Positions 62,269 to 64,000 of a stretch of DNA of 64,000 nucleotides are shown piece by piece (position 1 is the first letter of the stretch; the number at the start of each line of letters is the position of its first letter). Made by a program: the position numbers and the translations under genes. A model generated the notes under the pieces. It made no database searches and was not told the origin of the DNA. It saw only the letters and a list, made by a program, of their open reading frames with translations. Origin of the DNA: a virus; the IMG/VR virus record IMGVR_UViG_3300048910_000190, positions 49,158-113,157 of that record. One strand, written 5' to 3'.

Positions 62269-62795
62269 CCTTCGATGCGGTCGAGGCGGGCCTCGACAGC
62301 GGTGCGCGTCACGGTGAACGACTTCTTCGGGAAGAAGAGCCAAGCCAGCCCGGGGATCACGGGGAGTGACGCCTGGACGCGGCCTTGCTGGCGGAGTGCT
62401 TCGCGGTGCTCGAAGCGGTGCCACATCTCAAAGGCGATCTCGGCGATGCCGGGGGCGGAGCCGAGGAGGATGCCGCCGACGGTTCCCCAACCCTCCAGGT
62501 GGGCGTGGGTCCAGTTGGTCCAGGTGCTGGCGGAGACCATGGCGAGCATGGCGAGGCGCGGGGCGAGGCCCGAGTCCTCGGAGGTGGCGTAGCTCTGGGC
62601 GAGGAGGGCGAAGTAGAGGGCGGCGATGTCGAACATGCCGGAGCCGAAGACGGCAATCTGCCAGGGGGCGTGGAACATGACGGTGAGGAGGGTGTAGATG
62701 GACCAGGTGCCGACGGCGAGGGCTGCGCCCATGACGAGGAACAGGGCGCCGCGGATCGCCTTCTTCTTCCTGGGGCCGGTGCTGTTCTCGTTCAC
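61788..62795 (-). CDS. DUF2637-like (SpdB2-type) membrane protein with C-terminal HTH-like domain
   Basis: About four TMs, GMFDIAALYF motif, C-terminus LSKAAAV...YVRTVLSR...GTGGYL homologous to 2316-3428. Confidence 0.8.
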   Translation of the reverse strand: MNENSTGPRKKKAIRGALFLVMGAALAVGTWSIYTLLTVMFHAPWQIAVFGSGMFDIAALYFALLAQSYATSEDSGLAPRLAMLAMVSASTWTNWTHAHLEGWGTVGGILLGSAPGIAEIAFEMWHRFEHREALRQQGRVQASLPVIPGLAWLFFPKKSFTVTRTAVEARLDRIEGDAAYFASPDAPHAERITASPAAALAASHDDAQHIVITLQQPRQIAPSPQPRRAPATPDAPTVYTRQNRDAAPRIITVPQAASPDAHTSDGLEAPHDIDLTALSKAAAVRAMRDAHPDAQAQQIADALAPHGITVNANYVRTVLSRASSTDPQQGTGGYL

Positions 62796-62806
62796 GGGGT
62801 GGCCTT

Positions 62807-63142
62807 TCAGAGGTGGGCGTTGTGATGGGCGGGTGTGGTGATGCTGGGTGCTACGTGGTGGGCTGCGAGTGCGAGGAGCCAGGCGGCGGCTTGGGTGACG
62901 TGGGCTGCGGCGCGGAGGGTGGTGGTTGCGGTGAGTCGGAGGTGGAGGAGGGCGCCGGCGAGGGTGTGGGGTACGTCCCAGCGAAGGGTCCAGGCGCCGC
63001 CGGTGATGGCGGCGATGTAGGCGAGGACCGTGGCGGGGAGTGCGGTCGGGCCGGGGGTGTAGTGCCAGGCGATGAGCGCGAGGGCGATCGCCGCAACGGT
63101 GAGGGTGTGGTGTTCGGCGGGGGTGGCGTGGCGGCGGGTCAT
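62807..63142 (-). CDS. Membrane protein
   Basis: Two to three hydrophobic helices; upstream of the DUF2637 gene. Confidence 0.65.
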   Translation of the reverse strand: MTRRHATPAEHHTLTVAAIALALIAWHYTPGPTALPATVLAYIAAITGGAWTLRWDVPHTLAGALLHLRLTATTTLRAAAHVTQAAAWLLALAAHHVAPSITTPAHHNAHL

Positions 63143-63363
63143 GACCGACCGGCCGCGAACACGCGCTTGGTGGTTTCGAAGGTGGTCTCGGGTAGGGGTG
63201 CGATCCAGGATTTGGAGCAGGTGCGGAGTACGACCGCCGCGTGGTGTTCGCAGGCGTTGTTGCCGGTGGTCGAGTCGAGGAAGACGGTGACGACGGCGGG
63301 GCCGGTGCAGGAGGTGGTGGTGTCGACGAAGTGGGCTCGGCAGGTGGGGTCGAAGGTGGGCAT
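63139..63363 (-). CDS. Small Cys/His protein
   Basis: CRAH...SCTGP...ACEHHAA; RBS AAGGAG. Confidence 0.65.
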   Translation of the reverse strand: MPTFDPTCRAHFVDTTTSCTGPAVVTVFLDSTTGNNACEHHAAVVLRTCSKSWIAPLPETTFETTKRVFAAGRS

Positions 63364-63439
63364 GGTGGGCTCCTTGGTTGGTGGTCTGACTGCCTGCGGC
63401 TGCCGCACAGATGGGGGGCTGTGCGGCGCCGTCCGGCGG

Positions 63440-63601
63440 TCAGGCCGGTTGGACGGGCCACTGGTAGAGGCCGCTGGTCGGGTCGGTGGTGTGGCTGAGG
63501 TGGGTGATGGTTCCGGCGAGGTCGCCTTCGGTGATTCGCATGGGCGGGTCGTCGCTGCTGGTGGGATGTCCGCAGGCTTGGCAGTGGACGGGCTGGTCCA
63601 T
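63440..63601 (-). CDS. Small Zn-finger-like protein
   Basis: HCQACGH...HLSH; ATG overlaps the upstream stop. Confidence 0.6.
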   Translation of the reverse strand: MDQPVHCQACGHPTSSDDPPMRITEGDLAGTITHLSHTTDPTSGLYQWPVQPA

Positions 63602-63801
63602 CACGGGCTCCGTCGGTGGGTTCGGGGTCGGGCTCTGCAGGTGCTGGCGTGGTTGTTGGCGGCTTGGCGGAGGTCGCCGGTGTTGCCCCACGTCTTGCAG
63701 CCGGTGCAGTGCCAGATCGGGGGCTGGAACAGGTAGCGGCGGATCTCGACGGTGGCGCCGAGGAGGGTGTCGTAGGTGCAGGTGACGAGGTGGAGCCTCA
63801 C
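63601..63801 (-). CDS. Small Zn-finger-like protein
   Basis: WHCTGC...AANNHASTCRA. Confidence 0.65.
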   Translation of the reverse strand: MRLHLVTCTYDTLLGATVEIRRYLFQPPIWHCTGCKTWGNTGDLRQAANNHASTCRARPRTHRRSP

Positions 63802-63804
63802 TGG

Positions 63805-64000
63805 TCAGTGCTCCGTGGCGTCGACGAAGAGGCTGTCGTAGAGGTGCATCTGGCCGGCGGCGTGCTTGGCGACGGCGTAGGCCTGGACTTCCTTCGTGAA
63901 GGCGGCGTTGGTCTTCCAGGACATGTGGGCGTCGATGATGTTGGTGGCGAGGATGCGGGCGGCGTCGGGGTCGGTCTTGATGAGGCACTGCCGGACGGCT
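63805..64000 (-). CDS. Hypothetical protein, 5' end outside the window (...AVRQCLIKTDPDAARILATNII...DATEH)
   Basis: Open frame from the window edge to the stop at 63805; high-GC3 codon usage. Confidence 0.6.
   Translation of the reverse strand, partial: AVRQCLIKTDPDAARILATNIIDAHMSWKTNAAFTKEVQAYAVAKHAAGQMHLYDSLFVDATEH

Larger units (their letters stand above)
23952..64000 (-). mobile_element. Temperate siphophage late arm (terminase, head, tail, lysis, accessory genes) plus the end of an early region with a TraB/Spd-like module; continues right of the window
   Basis: TerS, TerL, portal, MuF, scaffold, capsid, tail tube, frameshifting chaperone, tape measure, amidase and holin in canonical order. 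Confidence 0.95.

Noticed and set aside
1-64000. tRNA, rRNA, IS elements, introns/inteins
   Set aside because: No cloverleaf with CCA, no transposase motifs, and no intein-sized insertion in the terminase, helicase or portal was seen by eye; a tRNAscan/Infernal run would be needed to exclude small RNAs

Overview
High-GC actinomycete (Streptomyces-like) temperate siphophage DNA from end to end, with no host housekeeping genes. Coordinates 1-23.9 kb are an early arm read leftwards from a large serine integrase: XRE repressor/Cro switch, exonuclease plus Gp3-like RDF, DnaQ exonuclease, LuxR HTH, RusA, WhiB, SSB, replication initiator, DnaB-N/AAA helicase, many small Cys/His-rich genes, and a DUF2637/Spd-like membrane operon. 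Coordinates 24-64 kb hold the complementary parts: accessory XRE and NUDIX genes, a multi-gene lysis cassette, an oppositely oriented glycosyltransferase/methyltransferase/epimerase operon, complete tail, head and terminase modules, a 1.16-kaa fibre-like protein with a polysaccharide-deacetylase domain, and a second DUF2637 operon that includes an FtsK/TraB-type translocase. A symmetric attP-like site lies directly upstream of the integrase (23919-23984). The window is therefore either the internal junction of two related prophages in tandem (favoured, because both ends show positionally equivalent modules) or a circularly permuted excised phage. Most notable: (i) phage-borne Spd/TraB-like modules whose DUF2637 genes carry dense internal CGCATCA repeat arrays, plus an iteron-like CGGTAGG array; (ii) a glycan-building operon that may glycosylate the virion; (iii) small divergent operator switches, one with a homopolymer frameshift. 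Family assignments come from motif recognition by eye; no database search was run. No tRNA, rRNA or CRISPR array was seen.
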